64,000 nt of DNA from a virus: the IMG/VR virus record IMGVR_UViG_3300017750_000004; one strand, written 5' to 3'. Below, piece after piece: positions 46,629 to 54,255 of this stretch (position 1 is its first letter; every line of letters starts with the position of its first letter). The notes beneath the pieces were generated by a model. That model saw nothing but the letters and a program-made list of their open reading frames with translations. It was not told the DNA's origin and did no database searches. The position numbers were made by a program, and so were the translations under genes.

Positions 46629-46838
46629 ATGTATGTAGTTTATATTCGAATTGGTGCAGTAACTCTTTGGCTAAATACTTGGCTAGAGTATTATGACGCC
46701 TATCGAGAAGCGGAGTCCTTAAATAAAGTGGATTACAAGGCGTACTACTTTGTGCGCTATAAGGAGAATTTTGATGGCAAAAACAATGATTTTCGACCAC
46801 GCGACTACACGAAAGTACCGCATGGTCAAGAAATTTAA
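46629..46838 (+). CDS. Hypothetical protein
   Basis: 69 aa ORF. Confidence 0.45.
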   Translation: MYVVYIRIGAVTLWLNTWLEYYDAYREAESLNKVDYKAYYFVRYKENFDGKNNDFRPRDYTKVPHGQEI

Positions 46839-46989
46839 TGGTAAAAAAGTAATGTCGCATGGCGCATATCGTGCGAAGCGTAAGCCTAACTCCCCTATCG
46901 TTAAGAGGGCGGAGGCCGTAAAAGCTGCTGCAAACTTTGGCAAAAGTCCTGAGTTTAAGTTCGCTATCTACGGTATTGTGGCAGAGTAA
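46771..46989 (+). CDS. Hypothetical basic protein
   Basis: AAGGAG RBS before ATG 46771 (MAKTMIFD...). Confidence 0.6.
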   Translation: MMAKTMIFDHATTRKYRMVKKFNGKKVMSHGAYRAKRKPNSPIVKRAEAVKAAANFGKSPEFKFAIYGIVAE

Positions 46990-47180
46990 TGGCTCACATG
47001 GTACGAGAAATTGTAAGGCCCGGGCTATACGTTTTCAAAGTATTTAATCAAAGGGGAGCTTTGATGTATCATGGCTCTAATGAAGACACTGCGATTGCAA
47101 TGAAGACATCGTTGGAAAACCTGGAGGAAAAGCGTGCTAGAGAAGCAAGAAAGATTGGCAGTAGTAGACCGAGCGACTGA
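46989..47180 (+). CDS. Hypothetical protein
   Basis: TAATG-coupled 63 aa ORF. Confidence 0.55.
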   Translation: MAHMVREIVRPGLYVFKVFNQRGALMYHGSNEDTAIAMKTSLENLEEKRAREARKIGSSRPSD

Positions 47181-47364
47181 TACAATAGAAGTAGAAGGTC
47201 AGCGTAGGTCTTTCACAAGCCTGCAAAGAGTAAAAGATGAGCTGTGGCACAACTGGGCGCTTTCAGAGGCCGAGGTTGACAACGTAATTCGTACAATGTA
47301 TCAAGAGGGGGAAATTCGTGAAACCTTTTCTCTTTCTTCCTTTTATCCTTCTACATGGGAGTAA
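47134..47364 (+). CDS. Hypothetical protein
   Basis: GGAGG RBS, GTG start. Confidence 0.55.
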   Translation: MLEKQERLAVVDRATDTIEVEGQRRSFTSLQRVKDELWHNWALSEAEVDNVIRTMYQEGEIRETFSLSSFYPSTWE

Positions 47365-47371
47365 ATAACTA

Positions 47372-47551
47372 ATGGAAATCAAAGAAGTAGACCAAGTGAC
47401 AATTCAATTTGCTACAAATGGGACTGTGCTTGAGTTTAGTGGGCGTATTGACGGAGACTGGACTACTCGGAAAGAGTTGTTTTTAGTAGGAGATGAAGCT
47501 GATTTGTTTGCACGAATTGCTGACCTACAGGTGGTGCATCGTGCAGCTTAA
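47372..47551 (+). CDS. Hypothetical protein (59 aa)
   Basis: Hand-translated MEIKEVDQVTIQFATNG...; GGGAG upstream. Confidence 0.55.
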   Translation: MEIKEVDQVTIQFATNGTVLEFSGRIDGDWTTRKELFLVGDEADLFARIADLQVVHRAA

Positions 47552-47732
47552 AGGGAACGCAGAAAATATAGCGTGGCGTCTACGTACCTTTTGCGTGTAC
47601 GAAGCTGACGTAGAAAAGTTCGAACCTAAACTACATATGAACAGTGATGGGCTAGTTTTGGAGTACAACGAAAAAGGCACTGGACACAAAATGTTTGAAA
47701 AAATTTGTGGGGTAGAGAAAAAAAGTTCTTGA
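47541..47732 (+). CDS. Hypothetical protein
   Basis: GTG start overlapping the previous gene. Confidence 0.5.
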   Translation: MQLKGNAENIAWRLRTFCVYEADVEKFEPKLHMNSDGLVLEYNEKGTGHKMFEKICGVEKKSS

Positions 47733-47758
47733 CTTTTAGTTCAAAAACGGAGTATAAT
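47729..47758 (+). promoter_or_regulatory. Promoter of candidate ncRNA
   Basis: A-tract, then TTGACT-18-TATAAT. Confidence 0.8.
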
Positions 47759-47764
47759 ATCTTC

Positions 47765-48325
47765 TTAAATGGGGGAAGTCAGGGACGCCATAAGTGTGCT
47801 ACCCACTTGCGATAAGACAGTAAAGATCCCGGTAAAAGTTAACTCGGCCTATCCGGAGCCCCAACCTAATTTGTTCCACCCTTGTTGACCCTGCCGTGTA
47901 CAGGTTGAAAGGCATCGAGGAGTAAGGAACAGAGTGCTAATGTGGGATGGCAAAGCACGTTAAAAAGTACCATCTTAGTTTAGTGCCACTTAGCGCACTT
48001 TTCCCTGTTCGAGGTACTATATCGAACCCCCTTGTACACGGGCGGATGTGTACGACCAGTTACGGCTTTGTTGCATTTTCGCATTCTGGTTTAGCAAAAA
48101 CGAAAAAGTGGTGGGTGGTATCTGCAGTACATACCCAGATACGTGTGGAAGGTTGGTGCGTATCACTATAACTATAGGAGGAAGTCCTTTTTATTATTGG
48201 TCTATTATTGCAAAGAGGCGTCGAAACCCTCGACCATAACGAAAGGCACTATATAGCCTAGTGGCAGTTCGCGGCTCTAAACCTAACTGTAAAATCCCTG
48301 CATAGAAATATGTGGGGATTTTTTT
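47765..48325 (+). ncRNA. Large (about 560 nt) structured non-coding RNA candidate
   Basis: Bounded by a promoter and a terminator; no RBS-led ORF; many stems and two loop-distal complementarities (see findings). Confidence 0.68.
48291..48325 (+). terminator. Intrinsic terminator
   Basis: ATCCCTGCAT-AGAAAT-ATGTGGGGAT followed by a T run. Confidence 0.75.
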
Positions 48326-48345
48326 ATGTGTTCTAAAAATTTTTC

Positions 48346-48374
48346 TTGACATTTTTTCTCAGGGGCTGTATAAT
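48346..48374 (+). promoter_or_regulatory. Early promoter
   Basis: TTGACA-17-TATAAT. Confidence 0.85.
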
Positions 48375-48396
48375 ATGTGTTCTATGGGAGAAATTT

Positions 48397-48723
48397 ATGT
48401 CGAATATAATCGAGTTTCCAGAAGAACGCCGTATTAAGTTAAAATTAAATACGACAAAAAATGAGCTAAAAGAGTTGTATGATAGTATGCAATTGTGCTA
48501 TACTACTATAGAAAAGCTAGAAGAGAAAATAGCTGAAGTAGAGCATTACTACGACCTGGTGTTCACTCAATATGTTAAAGCCCGGGGCATGGATAATGTC
48601 GAAGTGGAATATCTAGAGTGGATAAGTGGTGACGTAGTTATAAATCTAGATACAGGAGAAATAAGCTATGCGGGGCAAGAACAGACAGAAGGAGACGATC
48701 CGAAACCCGGTGGCGCGGCATAA
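48397..48723 (+). CDS. Hypothetical coiled-coil protein
   Basis: GGGAG RBS; MSNIIEFP... Confidence 0.65.
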   Translation: MSNIIEFPEERRIKLKLNTTKNELKELYDSMQLCYTTIEKLEEKIAEVEHYYDLVFTQYVKARGMDNVEVEYLEWISGDVVINLDTGEISYAGQEQTEGDDPKPGGAA

Positions 48724-48782
48724 TCACAATCGTGGCGGGGTCCACAAACCGAAGAAAGGTAAAGGAAGTTATAGGAGGGAAC

Positions 48783-49097
48783 GTGTCGAACTACACGGAG
48801 AGTGAAACTGAGTATATGATTGAAAGCTATACTATGTGTCCGAATATGCGTACAGTAGAGTTGCTTGCAGCAGAGCTCAATAGAAGTAAGAAGTCAATAA
48901 TTGGAAAGCTATCACGCGAAGGCGTGTACCGGAGAGAGGTGTATGTTTCAAAAACTGGAGAAAAACCTATCACAAAAATTGAAATCGTTTCGAATATCGC
49001 TGATGCTCTGGAGATCGAGGTGGGAAGTATATCGGGCCTCGAAAAGAGCCCAAAAGAAACTCTCAGAAAACTCCTTGAAGCGGTAGCGGGGTCGTAA
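48783..49097 (+). CDS. A2-like DNA-binding protein (paralogue 3)
   Basis: GGAGG RBS and GTG; SNYTE...VELLAAELNRSKKSIIGKLSREGVY...LEKSPKETL. Confidence 0.7.
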   Translation: MSNYTESETEYMIESYTMCPNMRTVELLAAELNRSKKSIIGKLSREGVYRREVYVSKTGEKPITKIEIVSNIADALEIEVGSISGLEKSPKETLRKLLEAVAGS

Positions 49098-49099
49098 AA

Positions 49100-49249
49100 A
49101 TGCGAGAGATTCTCAGCATGTTATGGTGGATCTACGTATCAATTATGTGCATTCCGATGCTATGGGGATCAAATTTAGAACAATTTTTCATGGTTTTAAT
49201 GGTATGGTTATTGTTTTTAACATTCCCTTTTATGTTTTATAAGCCATAA
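49100..49249 (+). CDS. 49 aa membrane peptide
   Basis: MREILSMLWWIYVSIMCIPMLWG...; hydrophobic. Confidence 0.5.
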   Translation: MREILSMLWWIYVSIMCIPMLWGSNLEQFFMVLMVWLLFLTFPFMFYKP

Positions 49250-49299
49250 AAAAATTGCGAATTGGCGCAAATTTTGAAGGGTTTTGTGTAAGTAGTAGA

Positions 49300-49580
49300 C
49301 GGATTTTCAGTAATAATCGTAGAATGATTATTAGCGGGGTTGTTTGATTGTGAACGAATTATTTGATTATCTTTATTATGAATATTCGTCACAATCAATA
49401 CTTAATTGAAGCACAAAAGTAATCAGAGATTGGTGATCCCGAAATCAGTTTCATTCAGATTTATGGTTAGGGACATTACGGCTTCGCCTTATGCCCCGCC
49501 CAGAATAAATCTAATTCAAACGATTTCGATCTAGTTAGTAAGAATCTGTGATTGACTTGATTGTTCATCAAAATATGTGT
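49300..49580 (-). other. ORF-free region with long imperfect hairpins (origin or sRNA candidate)
   Basis: Inverted repeats 49346-49363/49381-49396 and 49440-49464/49505-49528; GCGAAGC apex on the minus strand. Confidence 0.55.
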
Positions 49581-49582
49581 TT

Positions 49583-49611
49583 ATTTTACCATACTTTTTG
49601 GCATATTACAA
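49583..49611 (-). promoter_or_regulatory. Leftward promoter into hairpin region
   Basis: TTGTAA-17-TAAAAT with TG upstream of the -10. Confidence 0.6.
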
Positions 49612-49691
49612 ATACTATTTTTGCCCTGGTCTTGGATTACAGTACCTGGGCGCTTCTTAGTTAACGAAAAAATATTTTATTGGAGGGATAG

Positions 49692-49772
49692 GTGGAAGAA
49701 ATTTATTGGATAATATATGGAATAGTAGTGTTTTGGTGCTTTTGGAAATTAGGCCACTCAGGATACTTCTAA
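49692..49772 (+). CDS. 26 aa membrane peptide
   Basis: GGAGG RBS; MEEIYWIIYGIVVFWCFWKLGHSGYF. Confidence 0.5.
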   Translation: MEEIYWIIYGIVVFWCFWKLGHSGYF

Positions 49773-49775
49773 ATT

Positions 49776-49798
49776 AAAGGGGCTACGGCCCCTTTTTT
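49776..49798. terminator. Bidirectional intrinsic terminator
   Basis: AAAGGGGC-TACG-GCCCCTTTTTT between convergent units. Confidence 0.8.
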
Positions 49799-49984
49799 AT
49801 ATGACGTACAAATGGAGGACATTTAGCAAGTATAGGAATATAGAAAGTGTAGGTAGTGCTATCCCGAGGATCATGATAATTTTTATACACGCAAACTCCA
49901 GTGGAGACAACTGAATTTCGAGAGTTGTAGATTCCAGTTGCTCCTTCAAGGACGAGGTAGAGCCAAAGAACTTCCAAAGATTTC

Positions 49985-50365
49985 TCACTGGTTTAGAATA
50001 CTCTCTAAATCTGGGGCGAAAAAGCCCGGGCCTTTCATTACCTTGCCATTGTCTGCTTTAATTGGTGTTCCATCTTCACCGAGTTTGCTCATGTTAGAAG
50101 CATGTACTTCAGTAAAACACTCATCAAGGTCAATACCAAATGTATGACCAGCACCGTATACAACATAGAGAATGTCGGTGAGAGCGTCGGCGATTTCGAC
50201 CATATCTTTGTTTGCAATCGCTTCCACCAATTCATCTACTTCTTCTTGTATTAAATCTACCCGTAGTTCACGAGTGCTAAAGTCAGGCCAGGTTGGTTGA
50301 GTTTCTACAGCCTGACCAAAGGCTTCCATAAAATCACCAACTAACTCAAAATTTGTTCCGTCCAT
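49985..50365 (-). CDS. MazG-like NTP pyrophosphohydrolase
   Basis: LIQEEVDEL...EIADALTDILYVVYG...EVHASNMSK. Confidence 0.85.
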   Translation of the reverse strand: MDGTNFELVGDFMEAFGQAVETQPTWPDFSTRELRVDLIQEEVDELVEAIANKDMVEIADALTDILYVVYGAGHTFGIDLDECFTEVHASNMSKLGEDGTPIKADNGKVMKGPGFFAPDLESILNQ

Positions 50366-50543
50366 TATCGTTTCTCTTTCGTTTGAATCTTGCGACTGCA
50401 GCCTGCTTAGCCAGTCGTCGTTTTTCGCTTCGTGGTACATAATATTCCTTCTGTTTATAATCCCATAGTGTTTCTGAACATTTTTTCTTGAAAACTCGTA
50501 GAGCAGCGTCTACGTTATTGTTACGTACTTTAACTTTTGGCAT
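50346..50543 (-). CDS. rpsU: Ribosomal protein bS21
   Basis: MPKVKVRNNNVDAALRVFKKKC...YKQKEYYVPRSEKRRLAKQAAVARF; AAGGAG RBS. Confidence 0.9.
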   Translation of the reverse strand: MPKVKVRNNNVDAALRVFKKKCSETLWDYKQKEYYVPRSEKRRLAKQAAVARFKRKRNDNGRNKF

Positions 50544-50557
50544 GTATCTCCTTCTGC

Positions 50558-50728
50558 CTAAAAACTCCAACCTCTTTTACGTAGGTACGCAACCTGTTTG
50601 CGTATCGAGTTTTCCGTGCGACTAGGTAATACTTTCTCCTGTAACTCTGTTACAGACATCTTGGAGTAGTGCTCTTTCAACATTACTCTTTCGCGTATCG
50701 ACCATGGTTGCTTTTTATATTCTTTCAT
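50558..50728 (-). CDS. Small Myb/HTH-like DNA-binding protein
   Basis: PWSIRERVMLKEHY...LPSRTENSIRKQVAYLRKRG. Confidence 0.6.
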   Translation of the reverse strand: MKEYKKQPWSIRERVMLKEHYSKMSVTELQEKVLPSRTENSIRKQVAYLRKRGWSF

Positions 50729-50735
50729 GACATAT

Positions 50736-50764
50736 ATTATATTCGAAGTGAGATTCGAAGTCAA
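50736..50764 (-). promoter_or_regulatory. Promoter, leaderless transcript
   Basis: TTGACT-17-TATAAT-7 nt-ATG. Confidence 0.8.
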
Positions 50765-50802
50765 GTGTTATTTTTGCGATGTGGTGTTCCAAAAAATATA
50801 TC

Positions 50803-50831
50803 TTGACAGTTGTCGTTCAATTTGATATAAT
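50803..50831 (+). promoter_or_regulatory. Promoter (divergent)
   Basis: TTGACA-17-TATAAT. Confidence 0.85.
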
Positions 50832-50866
50832 ATCTCCATAAATTTGTACAGAAATAGGAGAATCTC

Positions 50867-51019
50867 TTGATCGGACTTTACTTAATACTAGCACTTTGTA
50901 TGTTTGGTTGTGCCGGACACGCATTTTATCTCGGCCGCCGTACAGGGGTTGAGGCTACAGTAAACTATCTAATGGAGAAAGGAATCCTAGAACTAGACGA
51001 AGAGAGTCCATCTCTATAA
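50867..51019 (+). CDS. 50 aa membrane peptide
   Basis: AGGAG RBS and TTG; MIGLYLILALCMFGCAGHAFYLGRRTG... Confidence 0.6.
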   Translation: MIGLYLILALCMFGCAGHAFYLGRRTGVEATVNYLMEKGILELDEESPSL

Positions 51020-51036
51020 CTGGATAACAATAACCC

Positions 51037-51072
51037 GGGCATCGAAAGAGCCCAAGCGTACCGAAAGGACGC
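51037..51072 (+). promoter_or_regulatory. Tandem GAAA-capped bulged hairpins upstream of hsp20
   Basis: GGGC-AT-C(GAAA)G-A-GCCC and GCGT-A-CC(GAAA)GG-ACGC. Confidence 0.55.
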
Positions 51073-51093
51073 AATTCATAAAAGGAGAACTTT

Positions 51094-51516
51094 ATGACTA
51101 ATGCTAAACTAGCAGTGGCAGACCTGCATAAATTTATGTTAGGTTTTGACCGAATGTTTCATGATACCAGTGTTTTTGCCCCCACACTCGATGGTGGGTA
51201 CCCTCGATTCAATATTCTACGCGTAGGCGAGACGGGCCATAGGGTCGAATTAGCTGTGCCAGGCTGGAATAAAGATGATCTTGAGATTAGCCTTCATAAG
51301 GGCTTATTGACAGTATCGGGCACTGTAAAGCAAACAGAATCTAGTAACGAAACTTATGTTTACAAAGGCTTAAGCGGTAAGTGCTTCTCACGCACATTCG
51401 GCGTAAGTGAGCACGTAAAACTAGACAAAGCTTATATGGAACGCGGACTGCTATGTATTGATTTACATGAAGAAATCCCTAATGAACTGCAACCCGTAAA
51501 GGTTACAATTTCATAA
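51094..51516 (+). CDS. Small heat-shock protein Hsp20 (IbpA-like)
   Basis: GFDRMF...YPRFNI...VELAVPG...L.V.G...YVYKGLS...F.R.F.V..HV....A.MERGLL.IDL...IP. Confidence 0.93.
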   Translation: MTNAKLAVADLHKFMLGFDRMFHDTSVFAPTLDGGYPRFNILRVGETGHRVELAVPGWNKDDLEISLHKGLLTVSGTVKQTESSNETYVYKGLSGKCFSRTFGVSEHVKLDKAYMERGLLCIDLHEEIPNELQPVKVTIS

Positions 51517-51524
51517 GGATATAT

Positions 51525-51620
51525 ATGAACTATTTAAAAGTTGAGTGTTGTGGAGAATGCTTTCTTTGCCTTTGGGCAGCAACAGTAGTAATGATGGCTC
51601 TTGCACCACTAATAGTGTAA
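51525..51620 (+). CDS. 31 aa Cys-rich membrane peptide
   Basis: AAGGA RBS; MNYLKVECCGECFLCLWAATVVMMALAPLIV. Confidence 0.5.
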   Translation: MNYLKVECCGECFLCLWAATVVMMALAPLIV

Positions 51621-51660
51621 TACCCTGCGGGGTCTCGGCCCCGCTTCTCAAGGATATAAA

Positions 51661-52155
51661 ATGAACTACTACAACGAAGAAACACACCCAGATCAAATGT
51701 ATTTTTTAAGTGACGAGTGTGAAAATAAATTAAGTAAAATTCATCCTGCTTTAGCAGAAGTGGTAAGACGAGCCCAAGCTATTGCTGATATACAATTAAT
51801 GGTTATACATGGTAAAAGAACTAAGTCAGAGCAGGAAGAATTTTTTCGTAAAGGAGTAACAAACGGAGCAAACTCTCCACATCTTTACGGTACAGCAGTA
51901 GATATACTACCAGTTATTAAAGGTAGAGTATCTCCAGAAGCAGAAGTAGCAGATGAAGTAGCAACTACAATGAGATATGCTGCAGACGATTTAAATGTTC
52001 CTCTGCGCTGGGGAGGCGCGTGGCATGTTAATGATATTACAGAGTATGAAGGACTGATGGAAGATTTATCTACAATGTATCTTGAGCACGCTATAATGGA
52101 AGGTGTTCGTCCTCAATTAGATACGTGGCATTTTGAGATGTCAATAGCAGAATGA
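51661..52155 (+). CDS. Endolysin, peptidase M15 (T5 L-Ala-D-Glu peptidase-like)
   Basis: LSKIHPALAEVVRRA...GKRT..EQ...SPHLYGTAVD...LRWGGAW...HFE. Confidence 0.85.
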   Translation: MNYYNEETHPDQMYFLSDECENKLSKIHPALAEVVRRAQAIADIQLMVIHGKRTKSEQEEFFRKGVTNGANSPHLYGTAVDILPVIKGRVSPEAEVADEVATTMRYAADDLNVPLRWGGAWHVNDITEYEGLMEDLSTMYLEHAIMEGVRPQLDTWHFEMSIAE

Positions 52156-52503
52156 AATTTCCCGTTGAACAAGTGATAGTATGCGTAGCATTTGTATTAA
52201 TTCTAGTATCAATGACTACTTGTACTCCTCAAGAAAAAAACTGTAATGTTATTCATGAGAATGCACCATCTCTTCAAAAATGTGAGGTATGGTAATGGAA
52301 TTAGTAGGAATATTCTGTATAATGATGCTTCCAATGATAGCAGGAGGTTTTACTTTCGTAGTATCACAAAAAGCTGTAGAGGGTAAGTTTTGACACCCGA
52401 AGATTCAATATTTTTATTATTTTTTGTTGTTGCAACTATAGTTATAGCAGGAGGAATGTGGTATGGAGATAAGACTGACAAATCATCTAAAAGAAACAAA
52501 TAA
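52152..52503 (+). CDS. Three coupled membrane peptides (52152-52295, 52295-52393, 52390-52503)
   Basis: Hand-translated 47, 32 and 37 aa ORFs, each with one hydrophobic helix and overlapping stop/start codons. Confidence 0.5.
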
Positions 52504-52645
52504 AGGGTACTTTGAACATTTGTTAGGAGCCTGGAAAGTAGCACTTATACTGCTCGTACACGGGCTTCTACCAAATGTATGGGAAGATAAAGCTAGTAAT
52601 ATTATATGCTCTGAAACAATCAGGGTAGGCCCAGGAAAAAGCTGA
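52463..52645 (+). CDS. Small membrane-associated protein (DUF6356-like)
   Basis: HLKETNKGYFEHLLGAW...LLVHGLLPNVWEDKAS. Confidence 0.55.
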   Translation: MEIRLTNHLKETNKGYFEHLLGAWKVALILLVHGLLPNVWEDKASNIICSETIRVGPGKS

Positions 52646-53025
52646 TGTACTCAGATAAGGTATTAGATCATTATGAAAATCCCAGGAATGTCGGAAAACT
52701 TGACAAGAATGCTCCAGATGTCGGAACAGGCCTCACAGGTGCTCCAGCGTGTGGAGACGTCATGCAACTTCAAATCCGAGTATCGACCGACGGAATTATT
52801 GAAGATGCTAAATTCAAAACTTACGGATGCGGCAGTGCTATTGCTTCTTCATCACTACTCACAGAATGGGTTAGAGGAAAGTCCCTTGACGAAGCGGGAA
52901 AGATCAGCAATGTCCAAATTGCTCAAGAATTATCACTTCCGCCAGTAAAAATACATTGTAGCGTATAAGCGGAAGATGCTATCAAAGCAGCAGTCGCAGA
53001 TTATAGGAGCAAACATGGATCGTGA
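52645..53025 (+). pseudogene. iscU: Fe-S scaffold IscU interrupted by an in-frame TAA at 52966-52968
   Basis: YSDKVLDHYENPRNVG...GAPACGDVM...FKTYGCGSAIASSS...LPPVKIHCSV*AEDAIKAAVADY; homology continues past the stop. Confidence 0.85.
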
Positions 53026-53458
53026 AAGATTATATGAGGAAATTAAAGCAGATGAAGGAGAAGTTCTGGAAGTCTATGATGACCACTTGGGATACCCTAC
53101 TATTGGTATTGGACACTTGGTCACAACAGAAGATGAAGAGTTTGGAAAGCCTGCCGGGACACCCATTACGGCTCAGAGAAGCCGAGAGCTCTTCGATCGA
53201 GATATTGAATGTGCCATTAAGGACTGCGAACGACTATATGGACAGTGGCACAACTGGCCAGAAGAAGTCCAACTGATAATGGTCAACATGGCGTTCAATC
53301 TCGGCGCTACAAGACTTGAGAAGTTTCGGCAGCTGCGATTTCATTTATCCCAGCATAACTGGAAACAAGCTGCGGCAGAGGGCCGAGACTCTTTATGGTA
53401 CCGACAAGTTACAAATCGAGCAGAAAGATTAATGACACGACTAGAAAATGTAACTTGA
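53015..53458 (+). CDS. Lysozyme (GH24 / T4 lysozyme-like)
   Basis: DEGEVLEVYDDHLGYPTIGIGHL, NMAFNLG, S.WY.QV..RA.RL; GGAG RBS. Confidence 0.9.
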   Translation: MDRERLYEEIKADEGEVLEVYDDHLGYPTIGIGHLVTTEDEEFGKPAGTPITAQRSRELFDRDIECAIKDCERLYGQWHNWPEEVQLIMVNMAFNLGATRLEKFRQLRFHLSQHNWKQAAAEGRDSLWYRQVTNRAERLMTRLENVT

Positions 53459-53483
53459 CATTCATTACTAGTTAGTGTATAAT
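53455..53483 (+). promoter_or_regulatory. Promoter
   Basis: TTGACA-17-TATAAT. Confidence 0.85.
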
Positions 53484-53503
53484 ATATACTAACTGGAGGT
53501 AGT

Positions 53504-54100
53504 ATGAATCTTTTTTATCTTGACGAAGATTTAGATGCGTGTGCAGAAGCTCACGTTGACAAACATATTGTAAAAATGCCATTGGAAGTTGCCCAGATAT
53601 GCTGTACCGCTGTCTGGGTAGATGTGCATTTGGGTTTTGTACCCCGGGCTTTGAATAAATCAGAGTCTGACCATCTCAACTCCTTGAAGAAGGAGATTAA
53701 ACACTTACCGCCTGAAAGCAGGCCTCTTACTCCTTACCTGCCTATGATGTACAATCACCCTTGTACTATCTGGGCACGTAGTTCTTTGGATAACTATGAG
53801 TGGACGCACTGCTATGGCAATGCTCTTGGAGAAGAATATCGTTATAGATACGGAAAGCAACATAAGTCAGTCACAGTCATCAACCAACTACCCGATATTG
53901 TCAAAATGGAAAGACTTGGATTTACCACTTTCGGATTGGCAATGCCAGACGTGCTCAAAGACTATGACAATCCTATACAGTCTTATCGTGACTATTATCA
54001 TCTCGACAAGGCTACTTTTGCCGTTTGGTCTCACAGACCCAAACCCAGTTGGTGGGACGATGATCTTGCAGACTACGAGACGAGGATTACAGCGAAATGA
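53504..54100 (+). CDS. Pyrimidine-dimer DNA glycosylase (DenV-like) family protein
   Basis: MNLFYLD...A..HVDKHIVKM.LE.AQ...NHPCTIWARSS..NY.W...EY..RYGK.H. Confidence 0.78.
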   Translation: MNLFYLDEDLDACAEAHVDKHIVKMPLEVAQICCTAVWVDVHLGFVPRALNKSESDHLNSLKKEIKHLPPESRPLTPYLPMMYNHPCTIWARSSLDNYEWTHCYGNALGEEYRYRYGKQHKSVTVINQLPDIVKMERLGFTTFGLAMPDVLKDYDNPIQSYRDYYHLDKATFAVWSHRPKPSWWDDDLADYETRITAK

Positions 54101-54255
54101 AAAATAAGAGTTATAATCATCTAAAACTCGTAGCTACTCAATCTGGTTTATCAAAAGTAGATGAGCAGTATTTAGAGTTGGAAAAGCAACAAGAAGAAAT
54201 CGAAGAGCAAGCAAGATTAATTGCTGAAATGTATGGAGAACCTGACGAAGAATGA
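54097..54255 (+). CDS. Hypothetical protein (52 aa)
   Basis: Coupled ORF MKNKSYNHLKLV... Confidence 0.5.
   Translation: MKNKSYNHLKLVATQSGLSKVDEQYLELEKQQEEIEEQARLIAEMYGEPDEE

Noticed and set aside
47947-48239. ORFs of 74 and 63 aa inside the ncRNA candidate
   Set aside because: No SD, no recognisable protein features, and they overlap dense base-paired structure.
47771-48305. RNase P-like motifs (GGAAGTCAGGG ... CCCTGCAT; GAGGAAGTCC; AACTCGGCCTA) in the ncRNA candidate
   Set aside because: The putative 3' P4 strand has a mismatch at a conserved position and is part of the terminator hairpin, and the other two motifs cannot pair as P4. Not called RNase P without a covariance-model search.
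49783-49988. Two overlapping minus-strand ORFs (64 and 63 aa) downstream of the MazG-like gene
   Set aside because: One is probably real, but I cannot tell which frame; not annotated.
52966-52968. Genome-wide TAA reassignment
   Set aside because: TAA terminates many clear genes correctly (for example capsid, D5, primase), so recoding cannot be general.
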